The notes under the pieces are model-generated. The model made no database searches. It saw nothing but the letters and a program-made list of their open reading frames with translations, and had not been told where the DNA came from. A DNA stretch of 64,000 nucleotides. Source: Longimicrobiales bacterium (GTDB lineage Bacteria > Gemmatimonadota > Gemmatimonadetes > Longimicrobiales > Gaopeijiaceae). Both the position numbers and the translations under genes were made by a program. This document shows positions 9,648 through 19,223 of this stretch, in pieces (position 1 is the first letter of the stretch; every line of letters starts with the position of its first letter). Where the stretch lies: NCBI GenBank assembly GCA_965238005.1, contig OZ250165.1:3104001-3168000 (forward strand), given 5' to 3'.

Positions 9648-9694
9648 CCACTGCCGCGTGGATAGCCACTGCCGCATGGATGGCCGCTGCCGCG
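9641..9694 (+). repeat. Three 18-bp tandem repeats (TGGATAGCCACTGCCGCR)
   Basis: Units at 9641, 9659 and 9677 (third degenerate); the first overlaps the ARH stop codon. Confidence 0.9.
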
Positions 9695-9722
9695 GCGGCC
9701 GTCCGGAACGGATCCGGGTCGG

Positions 9723-10437
9723 ATGAAGTACGCCGTCTTCTTCCTGGCCTGCAGCGTCGGTCTCGCCGTCGTCGCCTTCCCGTGGGCCGCCTCCTCCGTC
9801 CTCCTGCTGTGGGGGAGCCTGGCCCTGGGAGTGGTGGGCCTGGGCTACGTGGGGGTCGGTCCGCGCATCTTCGGGAAGAGTCCAGACGGGCGGATGAGAC
9901 CGCTGAACGTACTCGTTCTCGCTCCCTATCTCCTCCCGACGTGGTCCCTGTGGCACTTGAGCCGCGCCCTGCGACGCGAAGCGCCCTTCAACCAGCTCGT
10001 CGAGGGTATCACCATCGGGAGGCGGCTCCTCCCGGGTGAGTACCCGGAGGAAATCGAGTCGGTGGTGGATCTGACGGCCGAGTTCCCCGAGTCGTTCCGC
10101 ATCAGACAGGGCCGTATCTACTTGGGCATTCCCGATCCTGGACGGGTCACGCTCCACGCCGGCGGCCCTCGAGCAGCTAGCGCGCGAGATCCTGGAGCTG
10201 CCGGGCGACGTCTACATCCACTGTGCGGAGGGCCACGGCCGGACAGCACTGGTCGCCACTTCTCTCCTGTTGGCTCGCGGTGACGTGCAGAGCGCCGGCG
10301 AGGCGGTCGCGTGGGTGCTGGAGCGCCGGCCGTTGGCCCGCATGAACGCCACTCAGCGCAAGGCCGTGTACTACATGGCCGAATCCTATTCCAGGTCTAA
10401 GGAGATCCGCTCGGACTTCTGCCCCTCCTCCTCATAG
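9723..10437 (+). pseudogene. Membrane-anchored dual-specificity phosphatase, frameshifted near 10125
   Basis: N-terminal TMs and VVDLTAEF in the first frame; FPILDG...VYIHCAEGHGRT (CX5R) in a second frame; the shift is at a short G run. Confidence 0.8.
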
Positions 10438-11001
10438 ATCTCCCAACCCCCTCGGACACCACCGTTCAGGAAGTCGGCGGAGCGGACCGTATAACGGCCT
10501 ACCTCGATCTCTGTGAAGACAGGCTCCCGCGCACCACCGGCGAGGCGCCAGAGCCCCTGGATGAATAGCTTCACCGGCGACCGGGAGCCGAAGTCGCCCT
10601 GGTAGTAGGTGCCGATAACCCCCTGGATGGAGGTGAAAGACTGGATAAGCGGCTCGGCGGTTCGATCCGTAGCCCTGAGGAGGACACATGAAGCTCTTGA
10701 TCAAGCTGGCTCTGGTGGCTGGTCTCGCCGGCGTGGGGTACCTCGGCTGGGGCATGCTCCGCGGCTCCCAGTTCGGTATGAGTGGGGCCCACCCTCTCGG
10801 CACGTTTGAGAAGTTGGATACCTACATGGCGCAGGACGTTGGCTTGCTGAAGGAGAAGATCTCGAGGGTGTCGGTAAGGACATGGGGAAAAGGAAAAATT
10901 TTGAGAAGCGCGTTGACGGGCGGCTTGCCGCGAACAGGCGCCGTCGGCACGTTGACCGCGGTCGCATGCCGGCTCGATGGATCCAGAAAAGGGAGAGGAT
11001 T

Positions 11002-11370
11002 ATGGGTACCCTGCCCCTCGTCGCGATCGGCCTGGTCATTCTCTTCGTGGCCTGGCGTTTGTTCCTCCGCACGCAGGGCACGTGGGTCGAGGTACCTGCC
11101 GATCCCCATGCGTACATAAATCCCGAGCTCGTGCCCCTGGTCGACTGGATGGCCCAACAGGCGGAGGCGCAGATCGGCAGAAGCCTGGTCATCGCCGGAG
11201 ATCCCTTCGCCCTGGGGGCCATCGCCGAGGCGGCGGAAACAGCCCTGGCTGAGCAGAGTGGTGCGGAGACGATCGAGATCGTCGTTTCGCCTTTCATCGG
11301 CGACGCGGAGGGGATGTACGGATTCGGCGTCACGTTGGACCGTGAGGAACGAGAGCAATTCAACCTCTAG
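11002..11370 (+). CDS. Hypothetical membrane-anchored protein
   Basis: ATG after GGAGAGG; N-terminal TM helix; no family recognised. Confidence 0.5.
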   Translation: MGTLPLVAIGLVILFVAWRLFLRTQGTWVEVPADPHAYINPELVPLVDWMAQQAEAQIGRSLVIAGDPFALGAIAEAAETALAEQSGAETIEIVVSPFIGDAEGMYGFGVTLDREEREQFNL

Positions 11371-11378
11371 AGGTCTGT

Positions 11379-12203
11379 ATGTCGAGAATCCTGTGTTGGC
11401 ACGGACGAGTGACTGCAACGGCCATGTCGCTTGCGCTCGGGCTGACGGACTGTGACCAGCCGGCGGGCGACGGGACGGACACGCTCGCCCAGCTGTTCGC
11501 GGGGGAGCTCGAGGTCATCGATCTCACGCACGCCTTCAGCGGCACGACCCCTTATTGGCCGAGCCCGGCCGGCAACCCCTTCAAGCACGACACCCTCCAC
11601 GCGCATGCGGACGGCTCGCCGGCCATGGCGGCGTACGCCACCCCGGAGCATCACGGAACACACCTCGACGCTCCGGTCCACTCGGCCGAGGGACAGCCAT
11701 CCGTCGATCGACTGACCCCGTACGACCTCTTCGGCCCCGCGGCGGTCATCGACATCTCCGCTCAGGCGGAGACCGACCCGGACTACCGCGTCACGGTGGC
11801 GGACGTGGAGGCCTGGGAGCTGGAGCACGGGCCCATCCCGTCCGGCGCCATCGTGCTCCTGTACACGGGCTGGGCCGAGAAGTACACGGATCCCGTGGCC
11901 TACGCTAACCTCGACGACGAGGGGCGGCTCCGCTTCCCCGGCTTCTCGGCGGAGGTCGGTGAGCGGCTGGTGAACGAGCGGGACATACGGGGCATCGGGA
12001 TCGACAACTTCTCCATCGATCACGGGCTCTCGAGAGACTTTCCCGTCCACGGAATCGTGAACGGGGCGGGCAAGTTCCATCTCGAGAACGTGGCCAATCT
12101 CGGGCAGGTCCCGGCTGTAGGCGCCTACCTCATTGTCGCCCCCATCAAGATCGAAGGCGGCTCTGGCGGACAGGTCAGAATTTTCGCGGTGCTCCCCACA
12201 TAA
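11379..12203 (+). CDS. Cyclase family (kynurenine formamidase-like) metal hydrolase, probably exported
   Basis: EHHGTHLDAPVH motif; GIGIDNFSID; ENVANL..APIKIEGGSG. Confidence 0.9.
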   Translation: MSRILCWHGRVTATAMSLALGLTDCDQPAGDGTDTLAQLFAGELEVIDLTHAFSGTTPYWPSPAGNPFKHDTLHAHADGSPAMAAYATPEHHGTHLDAPVHSAEGQPSVDRLTPYDLFGPAAVIDISAQAETDPDYRVTVADVEAWELEHGPIPSGAIVLLYTGWAEKYTDPVAYANLDDEGRLRFPGFSAEVGERLVNERDIRGIGIDNFSIDHGLSRDFPVHGIVNGAGKFHLENVANLGQVPAVGAYLIVAPIKIEGGSGGQVRIFAVLPT

Positions 12204-12217
12204 CCTGGAGGAACGTC

Positions 12218-13429
12218 ATGGAGTGGTTTCTCTCCTCTACCTTCCATCGAGCGGCCTTGGTTCTCTTGGCCTCGTCCACCGTCTCCTCGACCGCGCTGGC
12301 CCAGTCGAAGCCCAGGGCCAGGGATCTCGGTGTGCCGTTCGTCGGCACGCCCGGACCCAACAACGCCATCACGGACGTGGCCGGCGTTCGCGTCGCTCAT
12401 ACGACACTGATTCGCGGCGAAGGGGAGCTGCGAGTGGGTGAGGGGCCCGTCCGCACGGGCGTCACCGCCATCCTTCCCCGGGGAGATGACCCTGCCGACC
12501 CGGTCTTCGGCGGTTGGTTCGCCTTGAACGGGAACGGAGAGATGACCGGGACCACGTGGATCGAGGAATCCGGCTTCTTGGAGGGGCCCATCGCCATCAC
12601 CAACACCCATAGCGTCGGTGTGGTCCGGGACGCCATCATCGCCTGGCAACGGGAGAACGGCACAGGCTTCCAGCCCTGGTCGCTTCCGGTGGTAGCGGAG
12701 ACCTACGACGGATCGCTCAACGACATCGACGGCTTCCACGTCAAGCCGGAGCACCTGGTCAGCGCCATCGAAAACGCCTCCTCCGGTCCGGTCGCGGAAG
12801 GGAACGTGGGAGGTGGTACCGGTATGCGCTGTCTTGGATTCAAGTGCGGCATCGGCACGTCCTCGAGGGCCGGTCTCGGAGCCGGTGGTTACACGGTGGG
12901 CGTGCTGGTGCAAGCGAACTTCGGCGGAGGGCGTGGGCTGACCATCGCCGGCGTTCCGGTGGGGAGGGAGTTCGCCCGGGAACGAGAGAACGGCTCCGGG
13001 CCCGAAGCCGGAGCCGGTTCCGGGATCGAGATCGACCTCGAACGGGAGGGCCGGGGCTCCATCATCATTGTGGTGGCCACCGACGCGCCCCTCCTCCCCC
13101 ACCAGCTCAAGAGGATCGCCCGGCGGGCGTCTCTCGGAGTGGCACGCACGGGAGGCATCTCCGGGAACGGCTCCGGCGACATCTTCGTGGCGTTCTCCAC
13201 GGCGAACGCCGGCGCCGCGGCCGCACGTCCGACGACCGAGGTCACGGTGCTCGGCAACTCCCAGATCAGCACGCTGTTTGGAGCGACGGTGGAGGCCACG
13301 GAGGAAGCGATCATCAATGCGATGATCGCCGCCGAGACCATGGTCGGGCGGGACGGCAATCGCTCCGAGGCGATCCCCCACGGCCGGCTTCGTGAGCTTC
13401 TGAGGGCATATAACCGGTTAGGCAATTAA
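12218..13429 (+). CDS. dmpA: P1/DmpA family L-aminopeptidase/D-esterase-amidase with signal peptide
   Basis: NAITDVAGVRV, NGNGEMTG, EGNVGGGTGM, GSIIIVVATDAPL (autoproteolysis site), GSGDIF. Confidence 0.92.
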   Translation: MEWFLSSTFHRAALVLLASSTVSSTALAQSKPRARDLGVPFVGTPGPNNAITDVAGVRVAHTTLIRGEGELRVGEGPVRTGVTAILPRGDDPADPVFGGWFALNGNGEMTGTTWIEESGFLEGPIAITNTHSVGVVRDAIIAWQRENGTGFQPWSLPVVAETYDGSLNDIDGFHVKPEHLVSAIENASSGPVAEGNVGGGTGMRCLGFKCGIGTSSRAGLGAGGYTVGVLVQANFGGGRGLTIAGVPVGREFARERENGSGPEAGAGSGIEIDLEREGRGSIIIVVATDAPLLPHQLKRIARRASLGVARTGGISGNGSGDIFVAFSTANAGAAAARPTTEVTVLGNSQISTLFGATVEATEEAIINAMIAAETMVGRDGNRSEAIPHGRLRELLRAYNRLGN

Positions 13430-13551
13430 AGGGAGGGGTCGGGCGACGACACTTGACCAGGAAGGGCCTGAGCCAGTAACAGTGCCGACGAATCTTCGGG
13501 AGTGGTGGCAATCGCCATTCCACGGCCGGTGAGACTCTAGGAGGGTATTTC

Positions 13552-14184
13552 ATGGCGACGGAGTGGATGATCCGAGGTGTCGAGTACGGAAACTGCAACT
13601 GCGACTACGGTTGTCCTTGTCAGTTCGGTTCGCCCACTACACACGGCAACTGCGAAGCCGTCCTCGGCGGGCACATCGAAGAAGGACATCACGGTGACAC
13701 CCGACTGGACGGCCTGAACTGGGCGATGATCCTGTACTGGCCGGGAGAGATTGCCGAAGGCTACGGCCGGCAGCAGGCCATCATCGACGAGCGAGCGTCA
13801 GACGACCAGCGGGAGGCGCTGGGCCGCATCCTCCACGGGGAGGATACGACACCCGGTGCCACCCATTTCTTCGTCTATAACAGCACCATGTCCGAGGTGT
13901 TCGACACCATCTATGCGCCCATCGAGCTCGACATCGACGTCGATGCGCGCACGGGTCGACTCCGCGTTCCGGATGTGGCCGAATCGACGGGCTCGCCCAT
14001 CATCAATCCCCACTCGGGGGAGCCCTCTCGCGCACGCATCAACCTTCCGAACGGGTTCGAGTACACTGTGGCCGAGATGGGAAGCGGCTCCTCGAAGACG
14101 TATGGGAGCATCGAGCTGGACCTGAACGACAGTTACGGCCAGTTCAACATCCTACACATGAACCAAGACGGCGTGATCCGGTAG
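13552..14184 (+). CDS. DUF1326 putative metal-binding protein
   Basis: NCNCDYGCPCQF...PT.G.C motif; adjacent to DUF2182, its usual partner. Confidence 0.88.
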   Translation: MATEWMIRGVEYGNCNCDYGCPCQFGSPTTHGNCEAVLGGHIEEGHHGDTRLDGLNWAMILYWPGEIAEGYGRQQAIIDERASDDQREALGRILHGEDTTPGATHFFVYNSTMSEVFDTIYAPIELDIDVDARTGRLRVPDVAESTGSPIINPHSGEPSRARINLPNGFEYTVAEMGSGSSKTYGSIELDLNDSYGQFNILHMNQDGVIR

Positions 14185-14247
14185 GCGGGAGACGTCTCCG
14201 TTGATCGGCGTATCGAGCGGGCCGGACCGTCCAATCGTCTGGGAGCC

Positions 14248-14990
14248 GTGAAGCGCGACCGCGTCGCCGTCCTGTCCGCCCTTGCAGGCGTAACGGCCCT
14301 GGCATGGTCTACCTGCTTCGCATGTCCGCCACCATGGATCCGTCCGCCCCCGTGGAGATGATGCAGGTCCGTCCGTGGGAGCCGGTGGACTTCGGCCTGG
14401 TTCTCCTCATGTGGACAATCATGATGGTCGGCATGATGGTGCCGACGGCCGCCCCCATGACCCTCACCTATGCCGCCGTAGCCCGGAAGGCGGCCCGTGA
14501 TCAGACTCCGGTGCCCCCAACGATGGTATTCGCGGCGGGATACGTCGTGCTGTGGACCCTCTTCAGCGTGCTCGCTACTCTGGCCCAATGGGGTCTTGAT
14601 CAGGCAGCGGTCTTGTCGCCGGTGATGGTGACCACGAGCCCGGCCCTGGGCGCCGGCCTTCTCATCGTAGCCGGCACCTATCAGCTCACACCTTTCAAGC
14701 GGGCTTGCCTCGATCACTGCCGCTCCCCCGCCCACTTCCTCTCGGCCCACTGGAAACAGGGCATCAGAGGTGCCTTCAGGATGGGAATGGAGCACGGGGC
14801 ATTCTGCGTGGGCTGCTGCTGGGCCCTCATGGGCCTCTTGTTCGTTGGCGGCGTCATGAACCTCCTGTGGGTGGCCGCCATCGCGTTCTTCGTGCTGCTG
14901 GAGAAGGTGATGCCGCAGGGTCGGCTGGCCTCGGGGGTGACGGGTGGTGCGCTGATTCTCGCTGGGGTCGCCATGCTGGCGTTGGGCTAG
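14248..14990 (+). CDS. DUF2182 integral membrane metal-binding protein (1-bp frameshift near 14305)
   Basis: MWTIMMVGMMVP, YQLTPFKRACLDHCRSP, CVGCCWALM; N-terminal KRDRVAVLSALAGVTALAW lies in another frame. Confidence 0.85.
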
Positions 14991-15011
14991 AAGGTTATTG
15001 AAGAAGTACAT

Positions 15012-15446
15012 TACGGGTACCTGGCGACGGAGTGCGTCTACAGGGACTTCGAGCTGACGGTCGAGTTTAAGCAAGACGCCGACGGCAACAGCGGGGTGTT
15101 TTTCCGTTCTTCCTTGGACGGCACGCGCATCACGGGTTGGCAGGCTGAAGTGGCGCCCAAGGGTCTGTGGACGGGTGGGATCTACGAGTCGTACGGGCGC
15201 GGGTGGCTCGTCCAGCCCACCGCCGAGAAGGAAAGAGCACTCCGTATGGGCGAGTGGAACACCATGCGCGTACGGGTCGTGGATGATCACGTGACGACCT
15301 GGCTGAACGGTGTCGATATGATCGATCTGATGGACGAGGCTATCGGCGCGGCGGAAGGCGTTATCGCGCTACAGATCCATTCCGGAGGCGGAATCAGCGG
15401 AATCAAAGTCCGCTGGCGGAACCTTCGGGTTACGGAGACGCCCTAG
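15012..15446 (+). pseudogene. DUF1080 (3-keto-disaccharide hydrolase-like) protein, N-terminus lost
   Basis: YGYLATE..YRDFEL.VEFK....GNSGVFFR, GEWNTMRV, IALQIH, VRWRNL; no start codon or signal peptide. Confidence 0.75.
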
Positions 15447-17049
15447 GAGTCTGCGCCGCAGAACCCTGCGGCGGCTATCTTTGGTGGTAGCGAAGGCATT
15501 GGGAAGGCTTGCGGATCACCGAGGGGGGTGAATGGGAACGACATTTCGACCGTACGATCCGGAGCAGATGTTGTTGCTGCCTCCGGATCTTCGGGAGTGG
15601 GTGTCGGAGGGTCATTTGGCGCACCATGTGAGCGACCTGGTGGACGCGGTGGAGCTGAGCGCGTTCTACGGGCGGTACCGGGGGGACGGGCGGCGCAACT
15701 CGCCGTACGACCCTCGGATGATGGTCAAGGTGCTGATCTACGCGTATGCGACGGGCACCTTCTCGTCGCGGAAGATGGCGAGGAAGCTGGAGGAGGATGT
15801 CGCGTTTCGGATGCTGGCGGCGGAGAACTTCCCGAAGCACCGGACGCTGTGCGAGTTCCGCAAGCGCCATCTCGGGGATTTCCGGGCGGTGTTTGTGGAG
15901 GTGGTGATGCTCGCGCGGGCCTTGGGGCTGGCGGGGCTTGGCAGGGTGTCGGTGGACGGGACGAAGGTTCGGGCGAACGCGAACAAGCGCAAGGCGATGA
16001 GCTACGGCCGGATGGTGACCGGGGAGCCTCGGCTGGAGGCGGAGATCCGGGGGCTGTTGGAGAGGGCCGAGGCGGTGGACGAAGCGGAAGACGAGCGCTA
16101 CGGCGAGGAAGCATGCGGAGACGAGGTGCCGGAGGAGCTCAAGCGGCGCGAGGACCGGCTGGCGGCGATCCGGGAGGCGAAGGCGCGCCTGGAAGCCGAG
16201 CAGAGAGCGGCGGACGACGCACGGGGCCGCAAGCCGGGGCAGACGCGCAACCCGAAGGGCGGCAGGCCCTACAAGCGGGAGTACGGAGAGCCGGACGAGG
16301 CGGCGCAGAGCAACTTCACGGACCCTGAGAGCCGGATCATGAAGACGAGTTCGGAGGGGTTCCAGCAGTGCTACAACGCACAGACGGTCGTGGAGGGGGA
16401 GAACCAGCTGGTGGTCGGGGCCGAGGTGACGGACAACGCGAGCGACCAGGGCCAGCTGGTGCCCATGGTCGACGCGGTGGCGCAAGCGTACGGCGAGATG
16501 CCGGCGCAGGTGCTGGCGGACACGGGCTATTGCAACGAGCGGGATCTCGAGGAACTGGAAGAGCGAGACATCGACGGGTATGTGGCGCTGGCCCGGGAGG
16601 GCAAGGCCGCCCCCACGGTTGACAAGGAGGAATATCCGGCGAAAGTCCGCATGGCGGAGAAGCTGGCGAGCGAAGATGGCCGCAGACGCTACGCACGGCG
16701 AAAGTCGCAGGCCGAGGCGCCCATCGGCTGGATCAAGGAAGTGATGGGCTTTCGACGATTCAGCTTCCGGGGCCTCGAGAAGGTCCGGGCCGAGTGGACC
16801 CTCGTGTGCCTGGCACTCAATGTGAAGCGGCTGCACACCCTTCAGGCGGCATGACTGCACGAGGGTTCACCCGCATCTGCCGGCGCGAGGGCTCTCGTAG
16901 CTCTCTTGCCCCCCCCCAACGCATCCATTCCGCTCTCCCGATCCGTCGCAGACACAAGTCCTCAACCTCCCAATCACCCGGATCCGCCTCGCCGCGGACG
17001 GCTCGATGACCATTCGGCTCAGTCAGCTGTGCTTCTGCGGCGCAGACTC
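15447..17049 (+). mobile_element. IS1182-family insertion sequence, copy 1
   Basis: Perfect 17-bp TIR GAGTCTGCGCCGCAGAA; CTAG on both flanks (15443-46, 17050-53). Confidence 0.93.
15532..16854 (+). CDS. IS1182-family DDE transposase
   Basis: DUF772-type N-terminus (YDPRMMVKVLIYAY..G.FSSRK), VDGTK, NFTDPESRIMK, LADTGY, GFRRFSFRGL. Confidence 0.93.
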   Translation: MGTTFRPYDPEQMLLLPPDLREWVSEGHLAHHVSDLVDAVELSAFYGRYRGDGRRNSPYDPRMMVKVLIYAYATGTFSSRKMARKLEEDVAFRMLAAENFPKHRTLCEFRKRHLGDFRAVFVEVVMLARALGLAGLGRVSVDGTKVRANANKRKAMSYGRMVTGEPRLEAEIRGLLERAEAVDEAEDERYGEEACGDEVPEELKRREDRLAAIREAKARLEAEQRAADDARGRKPGQTRNPKGGRPYKREYGEPDEAAQSNFTDPESRIMKTSSEGFQQCYNAQTVVEGENQLVVGAEVTDNASDQGQLVPMVDAVAQAYGEMPAQVLADTGYCNERDLEELEERDIDGYVALAREGKAAPTVDKEEYPAKVRMAEKLASEDGRRRYARRKSQAEAPIGWIKEVMGFRRFSFRGLEKVRAEWTLVCLALNVKRLHTLQAA

Positions 17050-17090
17050 CTAGCCCACTACGGCTGTTGTCCAGACGAGAGAGGCGAGTG

Positions 17091-18338
17091 ATGGACAGGC
17101 GGACGTTGCTGAAGACCGGTGCCATGGGAGTCTTGGGACTGGGTCTCGGAGGGTGCGGGGTGCGATCGGGACCCTCGGCGTCCACGCGGCCTCGGCTGAC
17201 GCTCTCCCCGGTGGAGGCCTCGTGGGAGCGGGTCATCCGTACGACTGTGGGCCTCCGCCCTCATCGGCGCTCCGGCTTTGTCGTCAAAGCCGACAAGGTC
17301 GACGACAAGACGCTCATCCATAACTACGGGCACGGGGGAGCCGGTATGTCCCTCTCATGGGGCACCGGATACCTGGCCGCAGAGCTGGCGCTCGAACAGG
17401 AATCCCGCCGTGCAGCGGTGATCGGGAGCGGGGTGGCGGGGCTGACGACTGGCCGGCAGCTCCAACGGAGAGGTTTCGACGTCACCATCTACGCCATGGC
17501 CGTGCCACCGAACACGACCTCCAATATGTCACTGGCCAGCTTCACCCCGACCTCCGGACTCGTGAGCGTCGGGGGTCGCACTCTCGAGTGGGATGCCCAG
17601 TTCAGACGGGCCGTAGACATCGCATACAAGCAGCTTCAGCTCTTGATCAGCCCCAAGTACGGCGTCTCATGGATCAACATGTACTCCCTGATGAACGAAA
17701 TGCCTGCGGCCGGCACAGCCCAGGGCACGGGAAGGCTTCTTCCTACGGAGTTCCGACCTGGTCGCGTCATTCTCCAGCCGGGCGAGCATCCCTTTCCGTC
17801 GAGGTATGCCAGCTCCCGACCGTCCATGCGGATCGAGCCCTCCATATACCTCGACGCTCTCATGAGCGACTTCCTCCTCTTCGGGGGCCGCATCGTCATC
17901 CGCAAGTTCGATACACCCCGGGACTTGGCCGCTTTGGAGGAGCCGGTCATCGTCAATTGCACGGGACTGGGCTCCAAGGCCCTCTTCGACGACCAGGAGC
18001 TCATTCCGGTGAAGGGGCAGCTCACCGTGTTGGTCCCCCAGCCTGCGGTCGACTACGCCACCCTCGGCGGCATCCCCGGAAGGGCGCGTGAAGAGGGCGG
18101 ATTCGGGATCCACATGCAACCCCGGAGCGACGGCATCATCCTCGGTGGCACCTCCGAGCGCGGGGAGTGGTCGCTGGAACCAAACGAAGAGGCCCGGCGT
18201 CGTGTGGTGGAGGACCATATCGAGCTCTTCGGGGCAATGCGCTCCTCGGCTCCGGGGCGATGGTCGGCGCCGACTCGATCTTCCTTCACACCGACCGAAG
18301 CGCCTCCCGTCGAGAGCTTTTTCGGGCTGGAATCCTAG
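17091..18338 (+). CDS. FAD-dependent D-amino-acid oxidase family, circularly permuted, Tat lipoprotein
   Basis: DRRTLL..LGGC leader; VGLRP and HNYGHGG precede VIGSGVAG; VNCTGLG..PVKGQ. Confidence 0.85.
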   Translation: MDRRTLLKTGAMGVLGLGLGGCGVRSGPSASTRPRLTLSPVEASWERVIRTTVGLRPHRRSGFVVKADKVDDKTLIHNYGHGGAGMSLSWGTGYLAAELALEQESRRAAVIGSGVAGLTTGRQLQRRGFDVTIYAMAVPPNTTSNMSLASFTPTSGLVSVGGRTLEWDAQFRRAVDIAYKQLQLLISPKYGVSWINMYSLMNEMPAAGTAQGTGRLLPTEFRPGRVILQPGEHPFPSRYASSRPSMRIEPSIYLDALMSDFLLFGGRIVIRKFDTPRDLAALEEPVIVNCTGLGSKALFDDQELIPVKGQLTVLVPQPAVDYATLGGIPGRAREEGGFGIHMQPRSDGIILGGTSERGEWSLEPNEEARRRVVEDHIELFGAMRSSAPGRWSAPTRSSFTPTEAPPVESFFGLES

Positions 18339-18372
18339 TGTTCGGTTTCGGACGTTCGCGAGACACCAAGAG
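18335..18372 (+). repeat. Detached left-end copy of the 8326 MITE
   Basis: CTAGTGTTCGGTTTCGGACGTTCGCGAGACACCAAGAG versus CTAGTGTTCCGTTTCCGAAGTTCGCGAGCCACCAAGAG. Confidence 0.8.
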
Positions 18373-18563
18373 GCCGCTCGGACCCGGACCGCCGGACAGT
18401 CACTGACGGGGAGTGGATCGAGAGCCAACGAGATCGTGAGTTCTCCCCCGGTTCCGTCGAACGGCGATCCGGATCCGAGCGACGAATCAGGTCCGCCCCT
18501 TTAAGAAGCGCGAAGGCGGCGGGCGAGCGCAGGTTCGAACGGGACTGGGGACTGTCGAGCCGC

Positions 18564-18857
18564 CTATTCGTCGCCGCCGAACGCTGTCACGATCTGCCCC
18601 ATCGAAGGGGCGCCATCCGCACTGCACGAGAGCCCGGTGGCCGCCGCCTGGGCGTCCGCGACGTCCTTTCCACCCACGAGCACCGTCGGTGACCCATATG
18701 ATCGGTAGCGCTCGGGCGTTGCTCCGTCCTCAAGATCCCACTCGACCCATTGCTCGGCTCGACCGATCTCACGGAGCGCGCTGCGGATGTTTTCGCGAGC
18801 TCTATCGGTGTTCGGACAGCCTGTGAAGTAGACCAACTCGACTCCGCTGTGTCTCAT
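18564..18857 (-). CDS. Small thioredoxin-fold protein (DUF2703-like, often mer-associated)
   Basis: VELVYFTGCPN...YGSPTVLVGGKDV...SC. Confidence 0.65.
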   Translation of the reverse strand: MRHSGVELVYFTGCPNTDRARENIRSALREIGRAEQWVEWDLEDGATPERYRSYGSPTVLVGGKDVADAQAAATGLSCSADGAPSMGQIVTAFGGDE

Positions 18858-19223
18858 TGCTCGTCCCTCATCGATCGCGATCCTTTAGATGCCGACCCCA
18901 TGTGGCCATTGCATCCCCAATCAATCGCCTCGCATCTTTGATCCCCGCCCGCGGCTGCACTACCGAATCAGGTAGAACTCCGGCACCGTGGCCATGCTAC
19001 CCCGGTGGGGTGAGATAGATAGTGGCGCTCATGCCCTCACGCCCTGCCTGTGCCAGAGCGCCGCCCAGGGCCTGGTTTCCGGTCACACCGATCTCGGCGA
19101 CACTGTGGCCTACTACGACATGTACGAGATGCCGGACATCCCCGGGCAAGGTAGCGGTGGTGGGACGAGCGCAGCGAGATCAATGGCCGAAACGCTTCTT
19201 GGACACCGCACTAGGCCTGCGCT

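Noticed and set aside
9641..9694. Short direct repeats as a possible CRISPR array
   Set aside because: Units are contiguous with no spacers, and no cas genes are present
10386..10980. Short ORFs at 10386-10574 and 10688-11119 as real genes
   Set aside because: They look like truncated fragments (a signal-anchor start decaying into non-coding sequence); no family could be assigned
15475..16860. Long antisense ORFs over the transposases and other genes (e.g. 21743-23770, 34857-36266)
   Set aside because: Shadow ORFs expected in high-GC coding DNA; no motifs and Arg/Pro/Gly-rich composition
18564..18980. Mercury-resistance operon
   Set aside because: Only a small thioredoxin-fold gene is present; no merR, merA or merT is recognisable
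19196..19214. TTCTTGGACACCGCACTAG as another IS end
   Set aside because: No matching partner end or transposase was found in the window
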